Assembly (NCBI GenBank): GCA_012862495.1
Contig: BLSG01000435.1
Coordinates: 24,937 to 71,599 of the forward strand
Direction: 5' to 3'
Source of the DNA: Thraustochytrium aureum
Lineage: Eukaryota
DNA length: 46,663 nt
The notes below the pieces were generated by a model. The model was not told the origin of the DNA and made no database searches. It saw only the letters and a program-made list of their open reading frames with translations. The position numbers were made by a program, and so were the translations under genes. Positions 1 to 9,200 of the stretch are shown piece after piece (within the stretch, counting starts at the first letter, position 1; the number at the start of each line of letters is the position of its first letter).

Positions 1-2
1 TG

Positions 3-1901
3 TTTCCCCATGTGAACAAAGCCGGTGGGAGGATGCTGGAGGCCACGTTCGGGGCCCCGGACACGCGCCACCGGCACGTTTCGCGAGGACCGAGGTCCCG
101 AGACCACACGTTCGAATTGGTCGACGGACACAAGTCGATGCCGTTCATTGCCAAGGCCCGCGGCTGCTTCCGTCCAGGCATGATCGGCCCAGAGTGCGAG
201 AGCACGAGTGCAGCATCGTGCGTGCGCTGGGTCGCCATCCTGCGCGAACCCGTTTCGCGGGTCATCTCTGCGTTTTACACCTCGACAGGGCGCAAGCCAA
301 AGGTGAAGCCCGGCAAGAACCCCATCGAGGGCTCGACGGGCGCGTTCAGCGAACATTTTTACTGCGAACCAAAGTCGCGCGCTGCCAAGCTGCTCGTGCG
401 ACCCGCTGCTACTCTGGACGAGTGGGCGCGCCTGCCGCTAGGCGAGCGACTCAAGTGCAGCTCCGCGTTCAACGTCGCCGTCAAGTACCTCGCTGCCGAC
501 GCCCCAGACGGCACCGAGGAGCAGCTTGCGCTCGCCAAGCAGCGGCTAGCAGCAATGCAGTGGTTTGGCCTGCTCGAGTCGCTCGAAGATTCGCTTGCGC
601 TGTTCGACCACAGCCTGGCACGGCTCGACATGTACACGCCGGTGTCAAACCACAACGCTTACCGAAAAGCGATCGACCAAGCCACGCGAGAGGTTGTGCG
701 CGAGCACAACAAACTCGATCTGGAGCTGTTCGATTTTGCCAAGCAAGAGCTCGAGCGCCGCCTACGTGCGATGCGTGAAGTGCGCAAAGCGCCGGAGGCC
801 GCCTTCCAATGCGATCCGACACGGTTTTGTTGGGACAAGACCAAGGCTGGTGCGCCTGCATGGCCGCTGGAAGTCGCGCTGGCGAACCGCGGCCGCTTCG
901 TCTCCGTCGCCGCGCAAAAGGCGAATATGCTCTGCGCGCCGAAAGCCGGCTGCATCAGGGCCGCTGGCGGCCAAGCGAGCAGAAACGCTGAACTGAGGCG
1001 CGCTGCATCAAGCTGCCTTGGCTCAGTATTCATCCTGGGGACGCGCAAGGGCGGCTCTACTTCGCTGTACCAGTACCTCTCTGCGCACCCGGACTTTGTC
1101 GGCCTCCGCTTGAACAGAGGTCCACAAAGTGGCGAGCTCTTCTTGCTGGAATCGCTCAAACCAGGCCTTTCAGCAAAGGCGGCGCAGGAGGCGATCATTA
1201 AGGGATTTTCGGCCGAGCCTGAGCTTTCGCGAGGCGTACTGGCCAAGCTCCGCGCAGGCGAGCTTTTCACGGGCGACTCGAGCGTTGGCTCAGGTCCCTG
1301 CTGCCACTGCCCGAAGCTCGTGCGCGCCGCATGTGGCGAGGACTTGCGTCTCGTGTACCTCGTGCGGAACCCCGTCGAACGGATCGTCTCGCAGTATAAG
1401 ATGCGGGCTCGGCTTGGTAGGCTGGCCAAGGGCGACACACTCGAGGAGGCTGTTCGCAGGGACTTGCAGGCGATGCGTGACAAACTCGGCGAGGGTGGGG
1501 CGGCCGATTTGCTGGGCCCGAGCGAAGCACGATGCCTTTACTTGCACGACTACGACAACGCAGTGTGGTCGTCGATGTACGTTGTCCACATCGATCGGTG
1601 GCTTCGGTATTTCTCGCAGTCCAAGCTGCTCGTTCTGCGGACCGAGGACATGCTTGAGGACCCGGGCGACGTCGTGCGCCACCTGTATCGCTTCGTTGGC
1701 TTTGACTCGAGCTTGGTCGATGTCGACAGCGTCGTCTCGACGCGCCACAATGCCGCACCAGCCTCGGAGGCTTTGGCCGAGCAGGTTGAACCTGCTATTT
1801 CGGCAGCTCTGACGCGGGAGCTCCAGGCCTTTTTTAGGCCCTTTAATGAGGCGCTTCAAGAGAGGTACGGGGTCGATACGGCTGGATGGGACGGGTTGTA
1901 G
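3..1901 (+). CDS. Tandem double sulfotransferase: N-terminal HS6ST/Gal3ST-like domain plus C-terminal HS3ST/NDST-like domain; 5' end lies upstream of the window
   Basis: Frame is open from base 3: FPHVNKAGGR (5'-PSB-like loop), LREPVSRVISAF (3'-PB), LAKQRLAAMQWFGLLE, HNKLDLELFDFA. Second domain: VFILGTRKGGSTSLYQYLSAHP, VRNPVERIVSQY, HIDRWLRYF, LQAFFRPFNEAL. Confidence 0.85.
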   Translation, partial: FPHVNKAGGRMLEATFGAPDTRHRHVSRGPRSRDHTFELVDGHKSMPFIAKARGCFRPGMIGPECESTSAASCVRWVAILREPVSRVISAFYTSTGRKPKVKPGKNPIEGSTGAFSEHFYCEPKSRAAKLLVRPAATLDEWARLPLGERLKCSSAFNVAVKYLAADAPDGTEEQLALAKQRLAAMQWFGLLESLEDSLALFDHSLARLDMYTPVSNHNAYRKAIDQATREVVREHNKLDLELFDFAKQELERRLRAMREVRKAPEAAFQCDPTRFCWDKTKAGAPAWPLEVALANRGRFVSVAAQKANMLCAPKAGCIRAAGGQASRNAELRRAASSCLGSVFILGTRKGGSTSLYQYLSAHPDFVGLRLNRGPQSGELFLLESLKPGLSAKAAQEAIIKGFSAEPELSRGVLAKLRAGELFTGDSSVGSGPCCHCPKLVRAACGEDLRLVYLVRNPVERIVSQYKMRARLGRLAKGDTLEEAVRRDLQAMRDKLGEGGAADLLGPSEARCLYLHDYDNAVWSSMYVVHIDRWLRYFSQSKLLVLRTEDMLEDPGDVVRHLYRFVGFDSSLVDVDSVVSTRHNAAPASEALAEQVEPAISAALTRELQAFFRPFNEALQERYGVDTAGWDGL

Positions 1902-2030
1902 CGCGAGAGCGCTCCGAGAGAGGTATGGGGGTCGATGCGGCTGGATGGGACGGGTTGTAGCGCGAGAGCGCTCCGAGAGAGGTATGGGGGTCGATGCGGC
2001 TGGATGGGACGGGTTGTAGCGCGAGAGCGC
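1863..2030 (+). repeat. Tandem repeat of about 3 x 58-59 bp spanning the sulfotransferase stop codon
   Basis: Units start at 1863, 1921 and 1980 (aggta(c/tg)ggggtcgat(a/g)cggctggatgggacgggttgtagcgcgagagcgc). Confidence 0.95.
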
Positions 2031-2821
2031 ACCTCGCGGGGGTCATGAGCTCGCAAGCGCGCGCACGGCGCCTGTTCTGCTTCTCTACTCGCAATAGCTA
2101 CTAATGCAGAGGGGNNNNNNNNNNNNNNNNNNNNNNNNNNNNNNNNNNNNNNNNNNNNNNNNNNNNNNNNNNNNNNNNNNNNNNNNNNNNNNNNNNNNNN
2201 NNNNNNNNNNNNNNNNNNNNNNNNNNNNNNNNNNNNNNNNNNNNNNNNNNNNNNNNNNNNNNNNNNNNNNNNNNNNNNNNNNNNNNNNNNNNNNNNNNNN
2301 NNNNNNNNNNNNNNNNNNNNNNNNNNNNNNNNNNNNNNNNNNNNNNNNNNNNNNNNNNNNNNNNNNNNNNNNNNNNNNNNNNNNNNNNNNNNNNNNNNNN
2401 NNNNNNNNNNNNNNNNNNNNNNNNNNNNNNNNNNNNNNNNNNNNNNNNNNNNNNNNNNNNNNNNNNNNNNNNNNNNNNNNNNNNNNNNNNNNNNNNNNNN
2501 NNNNNNNNNNNNNNNNNNNNNNNNNNNNNNNNNNNNNNNNNNNNNNNNNNNNNNNNNNNNNNNNNNNGGCGAGGCGCAGGCAGCTGCACGCGCCGCGAGG
2601 CAGTCTGTGCGCCGGAGGCTCGCGCGACAGAGCGGCCCCAGGGGCTCCGCCAAGGGGCGCGGGTTGCGCTCCTGCGGCGTTGTGGACGAACGAGGTTTCG
2701 GCGCGGCCTGGCCGACCACGGCCAACCGGCTGGCGCTGGCGGTCTGCCTGCGGGAATGAGCGAGCGCGCCGGCGGGAAGGGGGAGGGGACGGCAAGACCC
2801 CCGCAGGACGCGCCGGCCACG

Positions 2822-3520
2822 ATGAGGGTGCAGATCAAGACGCTGGAGAACACACTGACGGTGGAGGTGCGGCCGACCGAGACTGTGCGAGACCTGCGCG
2901 AGCGGCTCGTGCGCGGCGAGCTGAGCGACCTCGGCAAGGGGAAGAAGGCAAGGCTTATTTATATGGGCAAGCTGCTGCAGGACGACGACGTCGTGGCGCG
3001 CGCCGTGGCCCCCGATGCCGCCGTGCACTGCGTATTCTCGGACTTGACAAGTGGCAACTCTACGACGAACGGGTTCAGCCCAGACGCGTTTATCGAGACG
3101 CTGGACGTGGAGCGACTCGTTGAAGAAGATCGGTTGATCGCAGAGGCGCTGCAGCACGAGAGCGCCGGGGTCGAGGCGGACGGCGACTATGGCGTTCGGC
3201 TCGGGCCGCGCCGTCGCCGCTTTCGCAGCCTCGAGCCCGAGGACGGCAACCCGCTTCTGGCCTTTGCGATCGGCTTTGTGTTCGGGTTCTTCAGCTTGCT
3301 GGTGGTGCAGCGCCTCAGTAGGCGGCAAAAGTTCGGCCTCATCCTCGGCGTGTCAATCAATCTCGCGTTTGGGATCATGAACCAGTCGCAGCAGTCTCAC
3401 GCTCTTCGCGAGGACGAAGCCCAGCGCGTCATGCAGCACACGGAGCAGCTTGATCGGTTTGGAAACGTCATCTCAGGGTCGCACGCATCGCTGCGCGGCG
3501 CGTCCGCTGGTGGGTTCTAA
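2822..3520 (+). CDS. Ubiquitin-like domain plus two C-terminal TM helices; Dsc3/DUF2407-like (Dsc E3 ligase subunit 3-like)
   Basis: UBL: MRVQIKTL...EVRPTETVRDLRE...RLIYMGKLLQD...VHCVFSD. C-terminus LLAFAIGFVFGFFSLL...SRRQKFGLILGVSINLAFG resembles the DUF2407_C motif. An upstream in-frame ATG at 2756 is an alternative start. Confidence 0.7.
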   Translation: MRVQIKTLENTLTVEVRPTETVRDLRERLVRGELSDLGKGKKARLIYMGKLLQDDDVVARAVAPDAAVHCVFSDLTSGNSTTNGFSPDAFIETLDVERLVEEDRLIAEALQHESAGVEADGDYGVRLGPRRRRFRSLEPEDGNPLLAFAIGFVFGFFSLLVVQRLSRRQKFGLILGVSINLAFGIMNQSQQSHALREDEAQRVMQHTEQLDRFGNVISGSHASLRGASAGGF

Positions 3521-3810
3521 GAGCGATCGTGTTGTGGTGATTGTGGTAGAGTACTTCGCTACCCAAAAAAGAAACTGCCTGTACAAAGTTGAAGGAATCG
3601 CCAGCGTGCGAGAGGAACGCGGCCGCAGGCCGACTTGCAAGCGCAGGGAGTGCCGGAAAGACGGGCTGGCAAGGGCTCGAAGAGGCGACCGCGCAAAAGG
3701 GGGCCTCAGGGTCGTTCTTTCATCAGAATGAAAACAAGTGAGGGGTACGGTTCGGTTTCCAGCACGAGAATAGTTTCGAAAAAAGGGGGTTGCCCGTCGG
3801 ACTGCACTAC

Positions 3811-4338
3811 TCACTCGTCGTCGCTGTCCTCCTCGGAGGACTCCTCCTCCTCCTCTTCCTCCTCCTCCTCATCCTCAGACTCGTCCTCCTCTTCCTCCTC
3901 GACCTTCTCCTCCTCTTTCAGCTGACCAGCGATGCGGTCGAGGTCCTGCTGGCCGATCTGCGAGATCACGCGGCCCTTCCCGTCCTTCTCGACGACCTTG
4001 ATGGCCTCGAGCTGGAGGAGGATGTGCCGGATGAGGCCGCCGTTGGCCTTGTGGAAGTGCTCGGTCTTGGTTCCGCGGCGCTCGCGGCCACCGTACCACT
4101 TGGTGAGGCCGCCGATGCCGGTGTGCGGGCGAAGGTAGACCTTGCGAGCGACCGAGGCGGCCCGGACGTAGTACCAGTCCGGGTCATAGGGGGCGAGCTC
4201 CTTGTGCGTGGCGGTCTTGACAATGTCGACCCACTTGGGGATCTCCATCTTGCCCTGGCGCTTCAGGTGCTGGGCGTACTTGGCGATGAACGCCTGGGCG
4301 TTGACGTCCTTGACGGTCGTGCCATGGGGCTCCGCCAT
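3811..4338 (-). CDS. RPS19: 40S ribosomal protein S19 (eS19) with acidic C-terminal extension
   Basis: TVKDV, PKWVDIVKTATHKELAPYDPDWYYVRAASVARKVY, YGGRERRG, IRHILLQLE, GRVISQIGQQDLDRIA are canonical eS19 motifs. Confidence 0.98.
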   Translation of the reverse strand: MAEPHGTTVKDVNAQAFIAKYAQHLKRQGKMEIPKWVDIVKTATHKELAPYDPDWYYVRAASVARKVYLRPHTGIGGLTKWYGGRERRGTKTEHFHKANGGLIRHILLQLEAIKVVEKDGKGRVISQIGQQDLDRIAGQLKEEEKVEEEEEDESEDEEEEEEEEEESSEEDSDDE

Positions 4339-4343
4339 TGTTC

Positions 4344-4398
4344 CTGCGATTCAAAAAAAACGAAACCCGACACAATATCGACGGCCTCGATGCGTCAG
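4344..4398 (-). other. 3' end of a probable 5'-UTR intron of RPS19 (branch point, polypyrimidine tract, acceptor)
   Basis: Minus strand reads ctgac...gtttcgttttttttgaatcgcag|gaacaATG. The donor was not located and may lie in the gap 4601-4874. Confidence 0.6.
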
Positions 4399-4510
4399 CG
4401 TCACGTCACGTCGACCCAAGGCACGCCAACCAGCGCGCCGCCTCTGGCCCACTTGGCCAACGCCAACAAGGCCCCGCCCACAAACGCAATCCAGCGCATG
4501 CCGCCGTCCA

Positions 4511-4578
4511 CCCGCGCGGCGGAGTCCGCCAGGGCCGCCAGACCCGCGCGGCGGAGTCCGCCCGGGCCGCCAGACCCG
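4511..4578. repeat. 32-bp GC-rich tandem duplication
   Basis: cccgcgcggcggagtccgcc(a/c)gggccgccaga at 4511 and 4543. Confidence 0.9.
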
Positions 4579-5125
4579 GAGCGGGCTCCTGGCGTCCATC
4601 NNNNNNNNNNNNNNNNNNNNNNNNNNNNNNNNNNNNNNNNNNNNNNNNNNNNNNNNNNNNNNNNNNNNNNNNNNNNNNNNNNNNNNNNNNNNNNNNNNNN
4701 NNNNNNNNNNNNNNNNNNNNNNNNNNNNNNNNNNNNNNNNNNNNNNNNNNNNNNNNNNNNNNNNNNNNNNNNNNNNNNNNNNNNNNNNNNNNNNNNNNNN
4801 NNNNNNNNNNNNNNNNNNNNNNNNNNNNNNNNNNNNNNNNNNNNNNNNNNNNNNNNNNNNNNNNNNNNNNNNNNCCCACCGAACCCTACCCTACTTTGCG
4901 CCCAGCGCACACCCGCGTTCCTCCCTCCCGCCGCGCTTGGGCAGCCGCGACCCGCGCGCACGTGACAGTGGCCTGGCGGTGACGCGGCGGGAGCGCGGTC
5001 TGCGCTCGGGCAGCAGGGACCTGGCAGAGCGAGGAGCCGCGCTCGAGGGGCGTGGTGCGGCGAGGGCGCCGGGGGACTGGCGAGGAGGGCCGAGTGGGGG
5101 CTGCGCGTGGGGGCGAGTGCGCGAG

Positions 5126-5950
5126 ATGGTCGAGATGGTCGAGATGGTCGAGAGCCCGCCGGCTGGCCAAGCCCCGCAGGCGGCCCGCGGCAGTGGAGAC
5201 GTGGCCGATGCTGGCGCGGCCGCGCCTGACGAGGCCGCCAGCGCGGACCAAGACGCTGGCCAAGTACCGCTGGACGAGCTGCTGCTGCACATCAAGGGGA
5301 TCAAGTTCCTGAACCCAGAGTTTGGCGTCACCCGCATTACCAAGGAGCTCCAGGCCAAAGGCGGCGTGTTTGCCTCGGTTAGCGCGAAACGGGTTCGCAA
5401 GCACATGAAAGCCAATGGCCTGCTCGCACCCCAGCTCGAGGAAGACAACAAGCGCGCCGGGGTATTGCGCATGTTCACGGTCGGCGACGGGAGCAAGCCG
5501 CATGCGTCAAAGGCGCCGCCGCCCGCAGCAGCGCCTGAAATCGAGGGCTCGGAATGGGTTCCAGTTGAGCTCGGGGTCCCTGCGGACCGCTCAGGGACGA
5601 AAAGGTACCAGGCCACCATCGCACACTCAGAAGCTGCTGCAGCCGCCGCGGCAGCGCAGCCGCGCGCCAAGGGGGCGCCAGCCGGATCCGTGTACAAGAT
5701 CCAGGTCGCGGCAGAGACGGGACCCCACCCAATGCTATTGTACAACCAGGCGCGTTCGCAGACAACGTATATCCACCCAGATGCTCCAGGCTTCGAAGCG
5801 ATTCGGTCGCTCGTTGTCGCCAATGGCGTCGGCGGCGTGAATGGCGGTGGGGGGCTCAAGGCCTACTTTTTCGGCAAGCAGAACCGCAACTTGGGCAGAA
5901 AGTTTGTCCTCGTTAACGCCAAAGAGACAGCGCCGCCAGAGCTGTGGTAG
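5126..5950 (+). CDS. Hypothetical protein with an HTH-like N-terminal segment and a conserved-looking C-terminal domain
   Basis: Coding-like composition. Segments LLHIKGIKFLNPEFGVTRITKEL...VSAKRVRKHMK and YKIQV...MLLYNQARS...GLKAYFFG. Three tandem in-frame ATGs come from a 9-bp repeat (gagatggtc x3). Confidence 0.7.
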   Translation: MVEMVEMVESPPAGQAPQAARGSGDVADAGAAAPDEAASADQDAGQVPLDELLLHIKGIKFLNPEFGVTRITKELQAKGGVFASVSAKRVRKHMKANGLLAPQLEEDNKRAGVLRMFTVGDGSKPHASKAPPPAAAPEIEGSEWVPVELGVPADRSGTKRYQATIAHSEAAAAAAAAQPRAKGAPAGSVYKIQVAAETGPHPMLLYNQARSQTTYIHPDAPGFEAIRSLVVANGVGGVNGGGGLKAYFFGKQNRNLGRKFVLVNAKETAPPELW

Positions 5951-6283
5951 GTGCTTGACTTCTGAAGAGCCGCGTGCTGTTCTTGCCGAGTCCCGGCCAG
6001 CATGCACGTGTTTCGTTCCTTTCGAGGTGCAAGCGCGGAGCGAAACCGGCTGCCGCGCCTGGGAAGTGCAGGCAAGGAAACCATAATGTAGTCCAATTTG
6101 TACGTTTTTACGCAGAGTGGTAGGGTCTCTTTGCAGTGCGCCTTCGCCGTGTGCGCCGCATGGCTGCCACGACAGGCGGCGGGGCGAGCCGCCTTTGCTA
6201 CAGTTCGAAGGGTTTTTTTGATGTTTTTTTTTCATTTCACGTAGCACCCGAGCAATCCAGGGCGCTGGCCGCGCAAGGACCAA

Positions 6284-9200
6284 TCATGCTCGGCGCCACG
6301 CAGGCGAGAGCACCTTCTCCTCCTCTTCTTCTTCCTCGTCGTTGTCATTGCCGGGCGTCCCTCCGTCCTTGCTCTGATTCCGCTCAGTGGGTGACGTTTT
6401 GGAACAGCTGGATTTGACTTGCGCACTCACGAGCGGCCCGGAGACTGGGCTCGCACCTGCCTTATCGGAAAACGGGATGACCGATGCCGCCCTCAAAACC
6501 TTCTTGCCCAGCGCGGCGAGATTTGGACGCGCAGCCAAGAGCTCCATCTGCTCCTCCGTGTTGTGGCAGTCCTGGCACACACAAGACGGCCCACAGCGCG
6601 TGCCGGCGCGGAAGCAGTCGCAGTACTTTTTCAAGCACATCGAGTTCTTGCACTTGCACTGGGGGGCGTCGCGCTGAAGCCCAGGACTGTTCCGAATCGG
6701 CATAGACGCTGCAACCTGACGCCACTGCGCGTTGCCCTCCGCGTTGCTGCAGTCCTTGCACTGGCAGCTCGGACCGCAGTGGTGTTGAGAGGCAAAGCAG
6801 GTGCAGTAGAGCTTGAGGCAGCGCGACCGCTTGCACCTGCAGGGGGTTGGCGATATGGACCAGTTCTCTTCCGTCAGATCCACGCGGTCGCGGCCCGCCC
6901 GTCGCGACTTGCCGCGCGAGGATTTGCTCGTCGCCGACCCAACGGCAAGGCCAGCCTCGCCGCGCGAGCGCTTGACGCCGGTGCTGCCCGCGGACGACTT
7001 GCTACACCTGGTGGAGGGAGTCTCGACCAGGACAGCGGCCCCGGGCTTCGCCCCTTGAACCGTTTTCGGGGTCTTTGTTTGCTCGGGCGCGGCCAAGGCC
7101 TCCTTGTTTGGAGCTGGCGTAGACGCGTTGCCGCCCGACTTGGTTCGTGCCGGCGCGGCAACCAGCGGGCTCGCAAGTGGCGGGAGCGGCTCTGGGATGT
7201 GAGCAGCAAGCTGGATGGGTTCGCGGACAGGCGAGGCCGGCTCCGGGCTCCTCGCCGCCGGCTCCTGCAGCGCTGCGCCAGGCCCCGCAACGTCAGACTT
7301 TGGCGTCAGTAGACGGTGCAGAAGGAGTGACGATGCGTTGAGGCTGCCGAGCCCGCCACGGCCCTGGGCCAACAGCTGCGCTCGGCACGGTGACGGTTGT
7401 GGAGTGTACACAATCTCGCCCTGTTGCGCGCCACTCGCGCGGTCGCCGGTCGCGGACTGCGTTGAGCTGCAATCGGATCGTTTATCCAGATCCGCAAAGA
7501 GCGCATCTGCACCAGTGCCCTGAAGCGATCCATGCTCCTGGCCGACCGTGAGGGGCGACACGCCACGCAAAAGAGCCTGTAGAGCCTGATTCGAGGCCAA
7601 GTTCATATCTTGGTCCTGCGCGAGCGCCGCCAGCGGGGCGAAATCTGGCGATTGCTGCTTCTTCTGGCTCCGCAGAATCTCCTGGTAGTGGCGGACGAGT
7701 TGCTCGAAGGATGGGGACAGCGTCTGGCGGCTCGGCGTGGTGCCCGGCGTTGCGAGAGGGTGAAGCGTCCCCAGCTCGTCCCCAGCTCGAAGTGGTTCCA
7801 CCGCGCATTGCCCGTGCGACCCGCTCCCCGTTGGCGTCTTTAGCGGACCAGAGCCTGCGAGGTCTTCCGACGTCCTCGGCGTGGACAGAGGCACGGGTTC
7901 TGCGTCTGCCGCCTGCAAAGATGACGAGGACGAGGACGAGGAGGCAGACTGCTCTCGCGCATCTCGATCGCGTCGCCTCCTTCCGGAGCGCGTGAGCATG
8001 CCGGTCGAGACGCTGCCCTCTCCTGAGGCAAACCCGCCAAGAGGAGTCAGGGACTTGCATTTCTGCTCGGAGCCCGGGAGACCCAAAGGCGTGCGCCCGC
8101 CAAACCCCTTTGGCGTCTCGGCCAAAAAACTGGGGTTGTCCGCAAAATGCGATGGCGAGAGTTTGAGAGCAAAGAAGGGCGAGCACGACCCGCGCTTGAT
8201 CGAAGACGAGGACGACATTGCAGAGGATGAGCGAAGGCGCTGATCACCCTGATCGCGCGTAGCAAAGTGCGCAACATGTTCGGGCGAAAAGTCAAATAGC
8301 GATTTGACTGCCGACGCGCTGTCCAAGCGAGGCGTGTCGGTGAGCGCTTCGTGAAGGGAGAGCATATGCGAAGACGTGGAGAGCGGGCTTGTTTTCGGCG
8401 CCATGGAGACAGCCCCGTGGTCTGCGGGCAAGTGCGCAGCAAGCCCCAGACCTGCCTCCAGCACGGAGTCCGCCCCGCCTTCCGAATCGCCGCCGTACCG
8501 GTGATCGCTCTCGCTCAGCGGAGCCCTCCGCTTGGAATTTCGCTTAGAGTGCCGCGTGGCGGTGCCTGACGAGGGCCGGGCCTTACCGCTTGCCCTGAAC
8601 GACCTGCTCGAGGGCGGCCCCTCCGCTCTTGAGGGCGTCAAGAGCTCTTCTTCCTCAAGGTCGATCGAGAGCCCTGGGCCGGCTCGTTTGCTCGACGACT
8701 CTGTTTTGCGTCCTGAGCGCGTTCCACGCTTTCGCTCAGAGGTTTGGCGCTGATCTCGGGTAAGGCGCGGCCACAGCGACCCATTGAAGCGGTTCTTGAC
8801 CATGTTGTCCGTCCGACCAGGCAAGTGCTTGGCGATCGTGGCCCATCGGTTGCCCACCTCCTCGTGGAGACGCAGGATGAGGTCGTCTTCTGCATCAGTC
8901 CAGTTGCTTCGAATCAGGTCTGGGTTGATTTGATTCGACCAGCGCTCGCGGCACTGCCGTCCGTTCCGCCCGGAGTCGAGCTCCTGCGCGATGGCAGTCC
9001 AGCCGCTTGCGCCGCGCTTCTTGACGATAGCAATTAGCTTGGTATCCTCGTCTTTGCTCCATGCGCCACGGTATTTGGCGTCCATCGCCGACCGGCCAGT
9101 CGACCGGCCTCCTCCGGAGGACTTTGCCCCTGAGCGGATTGCGCTGCTGCTGGACGACTTGCGTCGCGAGCCTTGTTGGAGCCGACTGCTTGTTGCGCTG

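Noticed and set aside
659..1483. Many long antisense or alternative-frame ORFs (also 3790-4965, 24399-25259, 36128-37126)
   Set aside because: These are shadow ORFs expected from high GC and biased codon use, and they show no recognisable motifs.
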